Of a DNA stretch of 64,000 nucleotides, positions 12,904 to 26,704 are shown in pieces (the stretch's first letter is position 1; every line of letters starts with the position of its first letter). The stretch comes from Picochlorum sp. SENEW3. Its lineage: Eukaryota. The stretch covers positions 372,001 through 436,000 of the forward strand of contig CP120464.1 of the NCBI GenBank assembly GCA_034226945.1. Direction: 5' to 3'. The notes under the pieces are model-generated. The model was not told where the DNA came from and made no database searches. It saw only the letters and a list, made by a program, of their open reading frames with translations. A program made the position numbers and the translations under genes.

Positions 12904-14638
12904 TTAATTAATCAATCTTTTGGTGATGCTATACCATACGTATGGGTCCAACAGGAGTTCTTTTGCAGGTTTAACAAAGTGGGCTACTTCAAGGAGCTTT
13001 TGGTACAGTTTGGGATCCTTCTGTGCTTGGCTCAACAGCTTGTCTGTGATATATTTATCTATGTTTGAAATTTCGTTCGATTTCACTCCATGGCAAATTG
13101 TGTCAGGGAATCTGCATGATTGACACGTGGAGAATCAGGACTTGTTTAAATGATTTCATTGACAAGAATCATTCCACACCTCAAGTCAGAAGCAGTTGCA
13201 AGCTTCCAAGACTCTTTAAGGTGATTAAAAATCCTTTTCAAGTACAAATGTGATGCTTTAGAGAGAAAATCTTGATTCGTGCACGCTGTCTGAGACTCAT
13301 CCAGGCATTCGGATAATAGAATAATACCTTGGGCTGCAGCAGTGATGCCCTACAGCAACAGAATAGCGTTATCCTCATTTTGATCGCATTAATGTGCTCG
13401 CATTACTTGAGTGTTTTACCTGACCGTAAATGGGGTTCAACCTCTGGATCGAGTCTCCGACAGGCAGTAAACCTTCAGGGAGTAGAATCTCATTGTACAA
13501 GAGCCTCTCATTTCTCATTGCCTGGTATTTCATCACCTTTGTTATCGGCTTCGATGCTTTTAATGCCTCATACATCGTTTTATCCGGTAAACTTTTACAG
13601 AAAGATAAGAACCCTTCATCCGTCATTGGAATATCCTCCTTTCTTCCTGCCTCGGCCAGGGTCACTTGCCATACATTCCCTTCCATTGGCAACAGGCTAC
13701 CACCTTTGGTGCCATCAGGGAGACTCTTGATCACCAGCAACCTCCAATCCTGCGCGAAAAAAATTAGTTTTAAATGATATTTTGACCTTATCATTATCGA
13801 ACATAGGTGCGCACTTCTTTGAAGTCATCAGGCATGCAGACCAATCTACTGGCTGACTTGATCCTCGCATCGACTGATTCTTTCTCCGGTCCCTGGAGTC
13901 CTTTCTTGCGCAGTAGCATTGGAAGTATAGAACTTCTTCCAGATGCGTCAATGCATATGTCGCATTTTAAATATTTTCCACTCTCCAATAGTATCCCTGA
14001 AACCTGATGATCATCCATGGTTATGTCTTTCATGGCGTCTTGCATGAAGACCAACTTGCCTTCATGCTCAGCAAAAACTCTATCCCTCAAACATTGTTCC
14101 AGAAAGGGCCTACTCACCCCTAAACCACGTAAATTAGACTTGAATCTTGGGTATACATCGTGATGGTCAAAGTAATGCACCTGCTGTCCGAGATCAAGAT
14201 CGATGCCACCCAAAGAGACAACTTCATCATGGAACCCAGGAAGGAGGTAATCCAAAGCCATCGCTCCTCCAGCCGTCAATTGATGTGGTTGACAAATCTG
14301 TGGGACTCCTCGCCTCCAAGAAAGACTCTATATATAAATTACGACTTGTTACATCTTGAAATCACCGTTCAGATTCATCAGATATTTATACTCACGTCAG
14401 ATAATGGGTTCCATCCAACCCTTGGAGCAGTCAAAAGTTCATCTTTATCAACCATTACAATAGAATCGCAGTATGTGGCCAATATATGTGCGGATAACAG
14501 TCCTGAGATGCCCCCACCAACTATGACGGCCTTCATATCCCTTTTTGTGGCTGGTTTGATGCTCAGTTGACAACTTGACCTGTCCTGGCGAAGAGATCTG
14601 CACTGTACATTTCTGTATTGGAGACTTGGCTGTATCAT
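12904..14638 (-). CDS. FAD-dependent monooxygenase/oxidoreductase of bacterial type
   Basis: Motifs AVIVGGGISGL (GxGxxG), RRGVPQ..QPHQL..GG, IDASGRSS and VGDSIQRLNPIYGQ; several introns. Confidence 0.8.
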
Positions 14639-14798
14639 TGTAGATAAGGTGAAATGGAATTTTTCTAATGAGTTATGAAATCAGCCTGACGGGTCACTCT
14701 CACAGGTCAGATGAGGGAGAGCAGAGGTCAAACAGAGTTTCGTTACAAATGGTCAGAAGTAGTCAAACTTGCGCAAGTATACATAGATTTATCGGCCA

Positions 14799-16328
14799 TT
14801 AATTCTGCTGCCTTCTTAGGAAATCAGGTACTTTGATTGGTGATGAGGAGCCAGATGGTTTCTCAACTATTGGCCTTTGTGGCTCAGGCGCTTGGGGCAC
14901 TGATGAAGACTGGCGGGATGCACTCTCTTGATTCTTGCCAAATCCTGTCGCAATCAAAGTAATGTGGACTTCCTGACTCATCTTGGGGTCCACCACTGCA
15001 CCGAAAATCAAGTTGGCCTGAGGGTCGACCAATTCATAGATGATTTCTGCTGCCTCATTTACCTACATCAATGAAATGTCTGTCAATTCACAATCAATCG
15101 AGACAGTACTTTGTGTGTGAAACATACCTCGAATAAACTCATATCAGGAGGTCCAGTTATATTCCAAACAATACCAGTTGCCCTCTCGACACCTACATCC
15201 AAAAGCGGAGAGGAAAGCGCTGCCAGTGCTGCATCACGAGCACGAGTTTTGCCTGACGCTCTTCCCTCTCCCATCAACGAAGTCCCCGCTCCCAGCATAA
15301 TGGCCTTTACATCAGCAAAATCGACATTCACAAGGCCAGGAACTGTGATGATATCAGAGATGCCCCTCACACCAGATCGCAACACATCATCAGCTGCCCT
15401 AAATGCCTCTGTCATGGGCAAATTAGAATCCACAGTCTCCAAAAGTTTATCATTTGGAATAATAATCAATGTGTCGACGGACTTTCTGAGTTCCTCAATA
15501 GCCTCAAGTGCTTGCTGTCTTCGAAGGCGACCCTCAAATGAAAATGGGGTTGTCACAATAGCTACTGTCAAGATCCCCAAACTTTTCGCAATACCTGCCA
15601 CAACAGGGGCCGCACCACTACCAGTTCCTCCACCCATTCCAGCCTGCGTTCACAGAAAAGAAGAAGCAGTAGTATGCACAGCACTCACCCAACATGCACC
15701 AGAATTCCACACTAATCGCGACATACCGTTATAAAGACCATATCAGATCCTGCCACAGCTTCCTGAATCAGCGCTTTACTCTCCTGAGCAGCCTTCTGTC
15801 CCACCATTGGGTTGCCTCCTGCTCCCAGCCCCCTGGTTAATTTGTCCCCGATCTGAAATTTATTCCCAGCCTCAACAGGTGATGTCTCCAAGGCTTGTGC
15901 ATCAGTATTCATGATCAAAAAGTCTACCCCAACAATACTGTCTGTGGAAAACATTCGATTGACAGCATTTGATCCTCCTCCTCCAACTCCAAGCACCTGT
16001 ACATACACCCATACGTCAGCAATGCACAATAATAGTCCCCTGGTTCCACCCAGATAGAACATGTACATACCTTGATGGAAGCTGCTCCGCCAATCTCACT
16101 GGCCGATGAAACAGCCTGTGGTGTCACATCTGCTATTGGGTCCTCAGATTCACCACTTGCAGCGCACCGCAAAGTATATTTCCTTGGTGCGCTCTCCGAT
16201 CCGCGTTGACAGTTACGAAATCTTGATTGAGAAAAAGGAATTGGGCTGCAACTAATTGCCCCACAAAGCGTCCCTGCCTGCTGTGGTATCCACTGGGATC
16301 GTACTTGGGAAACTGGTCTCAAGGACAT
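14799..16328 (-). CDS. FTSZ2: Plastid division protein FtsZ2
   Basis: Transit peptide, [32 protein letters not shown] and a C-terminal VPDFLRR core motif characteristic of FtsZ2; three introns. Confidence 0.93.
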
Positions 16329-16658
16329 GGTCGTATCCGCCAGATTTCAGAGTCTATCGATATACTTTACTCTTCTGAAACCAAATGAACTATAAAGAAA
16401 TTGTGATGAAATATAACAACGTGCCAGAGTGCCTCGATGTCAATGTTCGGATAACAGGAGAAAACGCCAATCAAACAAACCCGTCCTATGAAATCTCTCC
16501 TTTGATGGGAAATTACCATCGACAATCCAGATGGTTTTTTTAGCTCTCTGGACAGAAAGCAAAAAGGTCCACGTTGATGCTGTCCACCATATACGCTTCA
16601 GAGAATTGCAAGAAGAAATCTGGTATACTACCATCGTGAAGGATCCTCTGGTACAAGT

Positions 16659-17282
16659 ATGCGCGGTAGAACTCTAGCTTGCCGCCTGTGGCATTTGTCC
16701 ACTCTTGAGCAATCCGGACGTAGTTCGATTGGATGCATTGAATCATCATCTAACGTAGTCAATTATAAAAGCCTGTTGCGATTTGGCTGTGGACAGGTGG
16801 ATGGGGCTCGTTCCTTCACTAGGACTTCCTGTGCGTCTGAGGAAGCAGAGGAGCGCGAGGTTACCGACCCCAAGGTATTAGAGCTGGCAGATCGTATAAC
16901 TGAGCTCAATATGCTGGAAGTAAGTGATTTGACGGAAGTTCTGAGGAAGCGATTGAACATCCAGGGTGGAGGGATGCCAATGGGATTTGCCATGCCAGCA
17001 GCAGCAGGTGCAGTTCCAGCTGCTGCTCCGGCTGCTGATGCTGGTGCTGGAGCAGCCCAAGAAGAGAAAACGGATTTCACGGTCAAGTTGAGTGGATTCG
17101 AAGCCTCCTCGAAGATAAAAGTGATCAAGGAAGTTAGAGCAATCACTGATTTGGGACTCAAGGAGGCCAAAGAGCTTGTTGAAGGATCTCCAGCAGTCAT
17201 CAAGGAAGGGCTTAGCAAGGAAGATGCAGAAGAGTTGAAAGCGAAACTGGAAGCTGCTGGTGGGCAAATTAGTCTAGAATAA
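16659..17282 (+). CDS. MRPL12: Organellar (probably mitochondrial) ribosomal protein L7/L12
   Basis: Arg/Ser-rich presequence, Ala-rich hinge and [24 protein letters not shown]. Confidence 0.9.
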   Translation: MRGRTLACRLWHLSTLEQSGRSSIGCIESSSNVVNYKSLLRFGCGQVDGARSFTRTSCASEEAEEREVTDPKVLELADRITELNMLEVSDLTEVLRKRLNIQGGGMPMGFAMPAAAGAVPAAAPAADAGAGAAQEEKTDFTVKLSGFEASSKIKVIKEVRAITDLGLKEAKELVEGSPAVIKEGLSKEDAEELKAKLEAAGGQISLE

Positions 17283-17308
17283 TGTATTATACGTATTACA
17301 TGTCATCA

Positions 17309-17999
17309 TCACATTGAAAGCAGTCTCTTCTTCTCTGATTGCCAAGTTTCTCGTAGCTGATTGGCCAACATGGTTCCTTTATCCTGCAGTATAGGCATAA
17401 TTTTCATAATGACGATGTGATGCGGCTCCCATAGAAATGACAAGACATCATACCCGTATCATGCTTTCCAAACCAGAACACTCCTTCTCAATGTAGTCCA
17501 AGACAGTGAACTGTTCTTCCTCTAACGATTGTTTCTGCTCGTTTTCTATCTCTGTCTGGTCAGCATCAGGAGCTGGATCCTCCACCTGGGTAGGATTTGC
17601 ATTTACTGGTGTCATCACCTTTTCCTTCTTCTGCTGTTGCACCTCTTCAGCACTATGAATAACAAACACCGCGACTGTATCCTCCCCAAATCGTATCTTC
17701 GAACCATTACTGAGTTTTGTGTATCCTCCGCTCTCCTCTAACTCTATTCCATCAACTGCCGTGCCGTTACTACTCCCCAAGTCCCGAATCTGCCAACACG
17801 AGTCCTTATAAACCAGCTCCCCATGCTTCTCAGACACTGTCGAATCCTTAATTTGCAATTTACTTGATTTATTTCTGCCTATACGGAATGTTTTCCCCTT
17901 CTTTGTGATCGAACTCCCAGTTAACGGACCCTGAACAAAATCCAACGTGAATTCTTCTCCTCCTGCATCCTTTCTCTTTTGTTGCTTGCGTGGTGCCAT
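17309..17999 (-). CDS. FHA-domain protein
   Basis: FHA motifs RIGR, VSEKH and DLGSSNGT. One intron at about 17385-17454 leads to a last exon ending KRLLSM*. Confidence 0.85.
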
Positions 18000-18191
18000 A
18001 TTTATATAAGAAATAATAAAATATGCTCCAATCGGGGTGTATTGAAGGAATGATATGTGACATTCTGAGCATCGATGCATGGTCGGTCGGTTGCAACGAC
18101 TTCATCAGGGCGCCACTTTGCAGACTGATGGATACGATCCTGTCAGGGCATTATTCCAGTATTTAATACATAAAATAGATGATTCTTCAAC

Positions 18192-20267
18192 ATGTCGGTA
18201 CGTTTGTTGGGTATTGGACACACAGTGTTGCTTGTTTGTTTAGAATACAGGACGCTGTTAAACAGAACGGTTTTTGTACTTTCTCGATGCGTATTCATGA
18301 TATGTAGGATGAAGATAATGTTATTACATTCCAGCGTCGGAGAAAGGTACGTGGAAAGCTTCTTCTCTGGATGAAGAGGCAGGTTGTTACCCTCTTTTCT
18401 CTTCTCTTGTGGTGCAGGGCCAGAGAGGAAAAGGGAAGGAGAATGCCGTCCATAGAGCAAAGGCTGAGCGGAAAGTACAGGCTGCTTTGAGGGAGAATGA
18501 TTCTGACAAGAAGAAGAAGAAGGAGGAAATTGCTGTGCAGAAGGATGCCATGGTTGTGAATCCTGGAGCCTGGAGGAAGGGCAAGGGTAAAAAGCATGCC
18601 ATACGGGTGGCGAATTATTTAAGTATGATGAAGGAGCAGTACGCTGAGGTGGGATGACGGCTGCTCTTGTGAGCATGTGATTTGTTTGTTTTCTCTGATG
18701 AATATTGGTGTATGTGCAGATTGACGCTTTTGAGCTGAGTGCTGAAACTCCATCTCCGTTCCAGCAGCAACAAAAGTCGCAAGATGTCCAACGTAAATCC
18801 ATTGATTCGCCTCTTGAAATACGAACTGCGAGGGGTAGGCAAAGTGCTGGTGCATCACGGCTTTCCAGGAGGAAAAGTTCAGTGTTGGGGAGGGTATCTC
18901 TGGGTCTTCAGGATGCTCTTGGTTGGTTGCATAAGAGAGGAAGCCTGATGAAGACTGGAAGGAAATCTGAAGAGTGTGTGTACAATATGGACAAGAAATA
19001 TTTGGACTTTCACAGTGTGGAGACTCCCAGGAAGGACCCTGCTGAGAAGAATGATGGCATTTACACCATCAAGGAGAGTCAGGATGCCGAAATTGATGCA
19101 GACATCCAAAAGATCATGGGAGAAATCCGCGACGAGCATGGCAAAGATCCTTTGATGACACCTAGCCTCGAAGATACATTTGAAGAAAAGCTTCGGATAC
19201 AGGAACCAGTTGATCTCTCGTCAATGCTTCCCATTCAGCAGCTATTGAGTCTTTGTGGTCAAAATACAGATATACATGCTACCATGTCTATGGATGATTT
19301 GTTGGGAAAGCATGTTGATCTGTCCATGGTGAAAAAGATTGGTGAGGGAACTTTTGGGGAAGCATTTGCAGCAGATGATATCGTTTTCAAGATTGTTCCG
19401 ATGGAGGGCACAACGTTAATCAATGGTGAGGCTCAGAAGAAAGCAGAAGAAGTGCTTGGCGAGGCTGCTGTGACGTTGGAACTTTCTAAACTCAGATCAT
19501 CATCTAGCAATGTCACTTCTGGATTTGTAGAAACATTTGGTATTGGCGTGTGCAAAGGAAAGTACTCGGACATCTTGGCAAAAGAATGGCATCGATGGGA
19601 CAAAATACATAGTTCCGAGAACGAGCCAGTGGATATCTTTGGTGACGATCAGCTCTATGTGGTTTTCGTTGTTGCAAACGGAGGTACAGACCTGGAACAC
19701 TTTGTACCTCGCTCATTTGACGAGGTCAAATCTATTCTTCTTCAGGTCTCACTGACTCTAACAGTCGCCGAGGAGGAATGTCAGTTTGAGCATAGAGATC
19801 TTCACTGGGGAAATATCTTGATCAGACGAGATGGTACAAATGATATGCATTACAAGCTGAGGGATGTTGACATCTCAGTAGCATGTGCAGGCGTGAGAGT
19901 AACATTGATCGATTTCACACTTTCAAGGCTCAAGACAAAAGACGGAGAAGTCGCCTATTCTGACCTTGCAACTGATCCCGAAATTTTCAATGGTCCTTTG
20001 GGTGATCCACAGGCAGAAGCATATCGTAGCATGAGGAAGTGTGTCAAGAAATGGTCTGACTTTGCCCCAGCAACAAATGCGACATGGCTGCATTATCTTG
20101 CTGAAATCATATCTAGTCATAGATGCCCGAAATCTATGAAAAATAGTGAGAAGAAAATGCTCTTAGATTTCAAAAATGCTGCAGCAAAGGCTGACAGTGC
20201 AGAGAGCCTCTTGTGGGATTCCTTCTTTTCTGGAGCTTGGTCATCCCAGAGTCATACTTCAGTGTAA
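18192..20267 (+). CDS. HASPIN: Haspin histone H3T3 kinase
   Basis: Motifs KKIGEGTFGE, FEHRDLHWGNIL and IDFTLSR. The short 5' exons are inferred from GT-AG sites. Confidence 0.9.
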
Positions 20268-20338
20268 AAGTACCCCTCATCCAAGTTTACATACACTATT
20301 TTATATAATAATGATGACAATGGTAGTATGAAAAGCAT

Positions 20339-20671
20339 CTACTCAGAGGTAGTCTTGATAATATCAGAGTCTCCTGGATCAGTCACAGTGAGCACTCCAA
20401 CTCTATGAAGCTTACCGCAGGCAGTTCCCAGGTCCACGTTGTTTCCATGATAATGGTGAACACCAGTCTTGGACAACATAGCATAATACTCAATCTCAGA
20501 CTTGCGGATAGCTGGGCAGTTGTTGGCAATAACCACCAACTTTCCCTTTCCAGAGCGAAGAGTCTTCAAAGTGGTCTTGTATCCAAGAGTGTACTTTCCA
20601 GACTTCATCACCAAAGCAAGGCGAGAGTTGATATTATCCTGACTCTTCTTTGTTTTCTTTCCAGCAACCAT
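20339..20671 (-). CDS. RPL30: 60S ribosomal protein L30 (eL30)
   Basis: Motifs [30 protein letters not shown] and DPGDSDII. Confidence 0.98.
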   Translation of the reverse strand: MVAGKKTKKSQDNINSRLALVMKSGKYTLGYKTTLKTLRSGKGKLVVIANNCPAIRKSEIEYYAMLSKTGVHHYHGNNVDLGTACGKLHRVGVLTVTDPGDSDIIKTTSE

Positions 20672-21130
20672 GGTGTCAAAATGTGGGTCTTAAGAATACC
20701 TCCTTCTTTGCCTGCATAGCACGCGATGCGAAGTCAATATCATAAATACAAAATCAGCAAGACGTCATTGTTCACAGAGAACACGTTGCGGCGACTATGA
20801 AAAAGGCCGCCGCAGCCTCGATGCCGACGCGAATGCTCCCCGTTCTCATCATCGTAAATAGGACGTACAGATAGCTCCAGAGGGACGTAAATAGATACAA
20901 TCAATCAATTTAAAGTAGTCAGTCTTCATTGAGGCCATGCCATCTATGCTTCATCGTCTTCCCATGCTCCAAGAGCCCCCATTGAATCTCAACAAGCCTT
21001 TCCCACCCAGGCAAGTGTTTGATAGGACTGGAATATCTCGGCATGTAGCAATGGTCGGCCCAGACACAGAGGAAGCCCGCTCCCCCACCACTCCCATATT
21101 TTATCAGATTATTAGATATATATCACAAAA

Positions 21131-21898
21131 ATGGTAGGTATTGGTATCTTGGAGATGTGAAGTACCTCGCCCGTGTGTCTAAACAGAGCCAAAGTCATGG
21201 CGCCGTCTTGTGGCACGGCCACATTGTGTCGCTCTTTTCTGCATCAGTCGACCTCATATATATCTCTATTGTTGTATTCAGGCGCCAAAGGAACAAAAGT
21301 CAAAGGAAGCGAAGGCTATGGCCGCTATGAGCTCTAGCAAGGGAAAGAAGAAGGTGCGTCTGAGAGCCGTCGGGTCTCAAAGTACTGAATTATGTGCTTG
21401 ATTGAGGGTGATTGGGACAGGAAACTACAATTATATTAAGAATGAATAAATAATCAATGAATAATTGAGCATCGCACCATGGTATTGGGTCCGAAGTCAC
21501 GGACCCGAAGGCTGAGTCCTTGGGCAACAAGAGTTTTGTGGACCATCAGATCCTGACAACAAATACCCCCTGGTCTTTTGCAGAAGTGGTCAAAGGGAAA
21601 GAATAAAGATAAGGTTAACAACCAGGTCCTGTTTGATAAGCCAACCTATGAGAAGCTCATGTCTGAGGTGACCAAGTACAAGATGATTACCCCTTCAGTA
21701 CTTGCTGACAGACTGAGAGTACGTTATTGATACCTGACCATCATATTTGATTCCATGGTACTCATGATATGTTATTGCTTGTAGATTAACGGAAGTCTTG
21801 CTCGTGCTGCCATCAATCACCTTGTAGAGGAAGGAGAGATCAAGGCAGTTTCCAGGAGCCATAGCCAGTACATTTATACCCGTGCTGGTTCCGAGTAA
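21131..21898 (+). CDS. RPS25: 40S ribosomal protein S25 (eS25); 4 exons, missed by the ORF track
   Basis: Spliced translation [50 protein letters not shown]...[17 protein letters not shown]...IYTRAGSE*. Confidence 0.95.
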
Positions 21899-22129
21899 AT
21901 GCCTTCTGCTTTATAATATAGTATAAATTAACACGTGTAATTGTGTACATCAATTGTGTGTCGTCAACATGAATAACGTATGGAGTCTACATGTATGCAT
22001 CTGGAAATGTACAGTTCCTATCAGTCAATGGAGAGAACCCACATGGAATCAGGATTATGGCGTGTTTGGGTGAAAATACGGTCACTCTGCTGCATTAATT
22101 ATTGATAAAATTTCAAAATACTAGTAAAT

Positions 22130-23107
22130 ATGGATGACTCGCTCGAACAAAGCCCAGAGCAGCTTGAGAAGAATCTCTCCGAATACAAAGAGCAGTTGAA
22201 AGAGGTAGGTTTGATCGGCGAGGGAAAGCGTTTCATGCGTATAAAATTAAATTTAAATACTATGGGTGTCATGGAACGCAGGTAGAGCAATTGCTGCTGG
22301 ATGATCCCGAGAATTCAGAGTACAAGGAGATTTATTCTGGCCTTCAGGAGGTACGGCGTTTACATTCTGGGCTCTATGCTGTCTTTGGACGTATGTGTGA
22401 CGTATACTATAATGATATAGGTTATTCAATTGACGCAAGAGTTGCTTCAAGCTTCTGTACATGTAGAAGACCAGGCAGGTCCTGGGCAGCTGCAAAAGGT
22501 TCCTGTTGCTGCCATAACAGAGGCGCCAGAGGTAAAAGTGCCTTCCGTGCTGCCACCTCAGATCAAGGATCAAATTAGAATAGCGCAGCAGCGAGCTGCA
22601 TTAGCTGGTCAGGCGCCTGCAGAATGGGCTATCGGAGCACAGGTCCAAGCAAGGTATGGAGGGGATGGTTTGTGGTATGACTCGGAAGTCATTGCCATTA
22701 GTACATCTGGGAAATTTATTGTAAAGTATACAAATCATGATACTCAAGATGAGGTAGATGTCGAAGATCTGAGGACATTTGATCAGCAGCATGGGCAAGA
22801 TCAGGAGTACAAGGGGGTGGCTGCTCCAAAGAGAAATAGCGTCAAAGACACTCACATGTCTCTTGATGAGCCACCAGCCTGGATGAAAATAAAGCCATCT
22901 GATGATGAGAAGACAAAACAGAAGAAGAAAAAGCTATTGAAAAGTTTCAAAAGCAAGCAAAGGTTCCAGAAGATGGACATGGAGCAGAAGAAGAAGGCTG
23001 ATAATTGGAAGAACTTTTTGGCAGGCAAGGTGAGCAAAAAGAAAAAGACTGGAATTCATAAAGGCAGTATGTTCCGTTCAAAAGACAGAACCATGCCTCA
23101 CACATAA
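22130..23107 (+). CDS. SPF30: Tudor-domain splicing factor SPF30/SMNDC1
   Basis: N-terminal L..Y..QL..VE..L..DP.N.E motif, Tudor domain (WAIGAQVQARYGGDGLWY) and C-terminal NWKNF; two introns. Confidence 0.88.
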
Positions 23108-23130
23108 ACATCTGTTACAATACACTCTCA

Positions 23131-23913
23131 TTATTTTTTTGCATATGACAATTTCATTTGGTTCTGAGCCGTAATTTTAAAGCCTTGCAGCCCAGTAATT
23201 GCTACTCCTGCCTGCTGCACAGTCTCAAAGTCTACAAACGCAATACCAGGTTTGCCCGGCACCAATCTACTTTCAATATACCCTGGGAATTGACTGAATA
23301 ATACTTTTAACATGGCTTCTGTTGTCGCCTCGGGCAAACCCTCTGCAAACAATACAGTATGAGGCTCCCCAACATCTTGCACAACTGTTGCCTTCTGTCC
23401 ACCCCGAGTCTCCTCTTCCTGCAGATCCACATCCATCTCCTCCACAGCCTCCTGTCCTATTCGAACCTTTCTCGTACGACCATCTCGTCTCCATGTACCA
23501 TCTAATTTTGCAGCAGCATCTGACTTTGTCTTGGCATAATCAATCCTCTGCAACACAACAACAGTCAGACAACCTCTTCTCACACCAGACCATACCAACA
23601 ATACATACCAATGGAATGCCATAGAAAGGAAAATCTTGCAAATTTCGAAGCGCATTCGCGGCCCCAGCTACATCTTCATAGACAATCCAAGCTCTTCCAC
23701 GCAGTTCTTCCCTTCTCACATGAACGACGTCAATAACTCTTCCAAACTGACCGAACAGGGCATATAATAGCTTCCTTGTTTCTGTAAAACATTGATAATT
23801 CATTCATGCATCAATAGGGCTCCAAGAAAGGGATACAAAGCAAACATACCTTGCTTTTTCAACTTGTCATGAACGTGAGACACGTACAAGGTCTGATTCG
23901 GCACAACATCCAT
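23131..23913 (-). CDS. U1A/U2B'' family snRNP protein (two RRMs)
   Basis: Motifs PNQTLY, LYALFGQFG, FPFYG..RIDYAKTKSD, and RRM2 LFSQFPG..RLVPGKPGIAFVDF..LSYAKK. Confidence 0.88.
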
Positions 23914-24193
23914 TTATCACGCAATTATGAACTAAATCTAGATATTTAATACCTATAGCTATGCATCCCACCCAATATGGTCGCGGGAATTCTTTCATTC
24001 TCACGTGTCATACGCATTTTGCTTCCCATCCAAAGTCCCTTTGGATCGGACAATATCATCGACTTGGCCTCCTAGGAAAACCATAGTAAAGGTGACCTTT
24101 GACGTTTACTACACTCACGCAGCCACAGCAGCATATCCTATTTCCCATAAAATATATCTGTAGTACATTTGTCAGATATTCAAGTCCATAATC

Positions 24194-25262
<1,069 letters not shown>

Positions 25263-25377
25263 GTTTGCCATATCACTGTATTGCAAGCATCTAGATCTTT
25301 ATGTAAGTAGTAATAGAATACATAGTATGATAGTAAATAAATATGTGGGGTACGAGCCCAATGATGCAATCATTGTG

Positions 25378-26392
25378 TCATTCTGCCAGCCAAGACTTGA
25401 ATGTTTCGTATATTCCCCAACAAATAGCTGCAGATGGTATGTGGAACATGACGCGAGGCTGCCATCCTCTAAAGAGCGATTGAAGGCCCTCTTCTTTCCA
25501 TATACGGGTCATGATTGGTCGGACTGCAATGGTGCCGTATCGAGCCACATTATGCACGCCTTCTAGCTGCAACCTCGTCTTTACAACATCCAATGGCGTT
25601 GTAGCAGCAGCAGCGACACCACCAGCAATACCTCCTGCACCGAGTTGAACTGCAAGCGTTTCTTCTCCACGAGAATCTAACTGCCCATCAGGGCCGACGC
25701 TATGTCCACTGAAATATGTCTTGCAACTCTCATAGCAGGCAAAGTGAATCGCTGTGTATGGAACATTCATCACTAGTGTCGTCCAGAAAGACTTGAAGAA
25801 AGCTCTAGCACCTTCCTGCCTATACGTATCTCGAACACACTGAATAATACCAGTGTATGGACTATGTGAGACTTGCATTCTCTGCTTTACCACATCCCAA
25901 GGGGTCATACACCCATCATTAATGACAGTCGCAGTGACACCAGCCGCTGCTGTTGCTAGTGGCTGATGTCCAGGCTCATTGCCACCATATAGTTGCTTTG
26001 CAGCCTCGTATGATGCAAAATATAGGGCATGGCTAGGGCCTGCCCCAACTGCAACGGCTGTGACGCCCTTGTACAATCCTAGAATTCCCTCTCGATGCAA
26101 GCTCGCCTGAAACGCCCTTCGTAAAGAAGAATGAAGCTGCTGGCCAGGGTGAGATAGTGCCTGCATCCTCGTCTTGATGGTGTCTACTGGATACATGACC
26201 ATGTGCTCTCCCATCCCTGCACATGCCCCAGCGATCATATGCTGCAACAGAGATCCAGTCACCCATTACGTCATTCAGGTAAGAGAAAACAAATCAAAGT
26301 AGCAATACACGCACAGCTTGGTACGTCAAACCATCTTCATAGACGTCATCTCCTGTGTGTTCAATCACATGGACAGCGTGGGGATCACCCAT
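25378..26392 (-). CDS. Mitochondrial carrier, mitoferrin (MRS3/4)-like
   Basis: Three carrier repeats (EHMVMYPVDTIKTRMQ, TPWDVVKQRMQ, TPLDVVKTRLQ), plus GAGPSHALYF and MNVPY typical of mitoferrins. The start codon is uncertain. Confidence 0.88.
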
Positions 26393-26704
26393 CAGTTCCA
26401 CGAATCAGTATCAATTAATGACATCAAATAAATAATCAATATTATTTTGCATAGAACACATCGGCGGGTGAAGGGAATCTGATATCTTCATTCCCTACAA
26501 CTAGTGAGGTCTGGCATGATGGCAATCCTATTTCAAAATTGAATTCTGTTTTACATGATATCGGGCTACTATAAAGCTAATCCAAGCATGTTATGTATCA
26601 TTCACGTATTGGAGGTCAAGTAAGCAGTATAATTCCATTGTGGGTACCACGTCAGTACGAGTTTTCCCTATTGAACATACTTGGACAGTAGACAGTATTG
26701 GATC

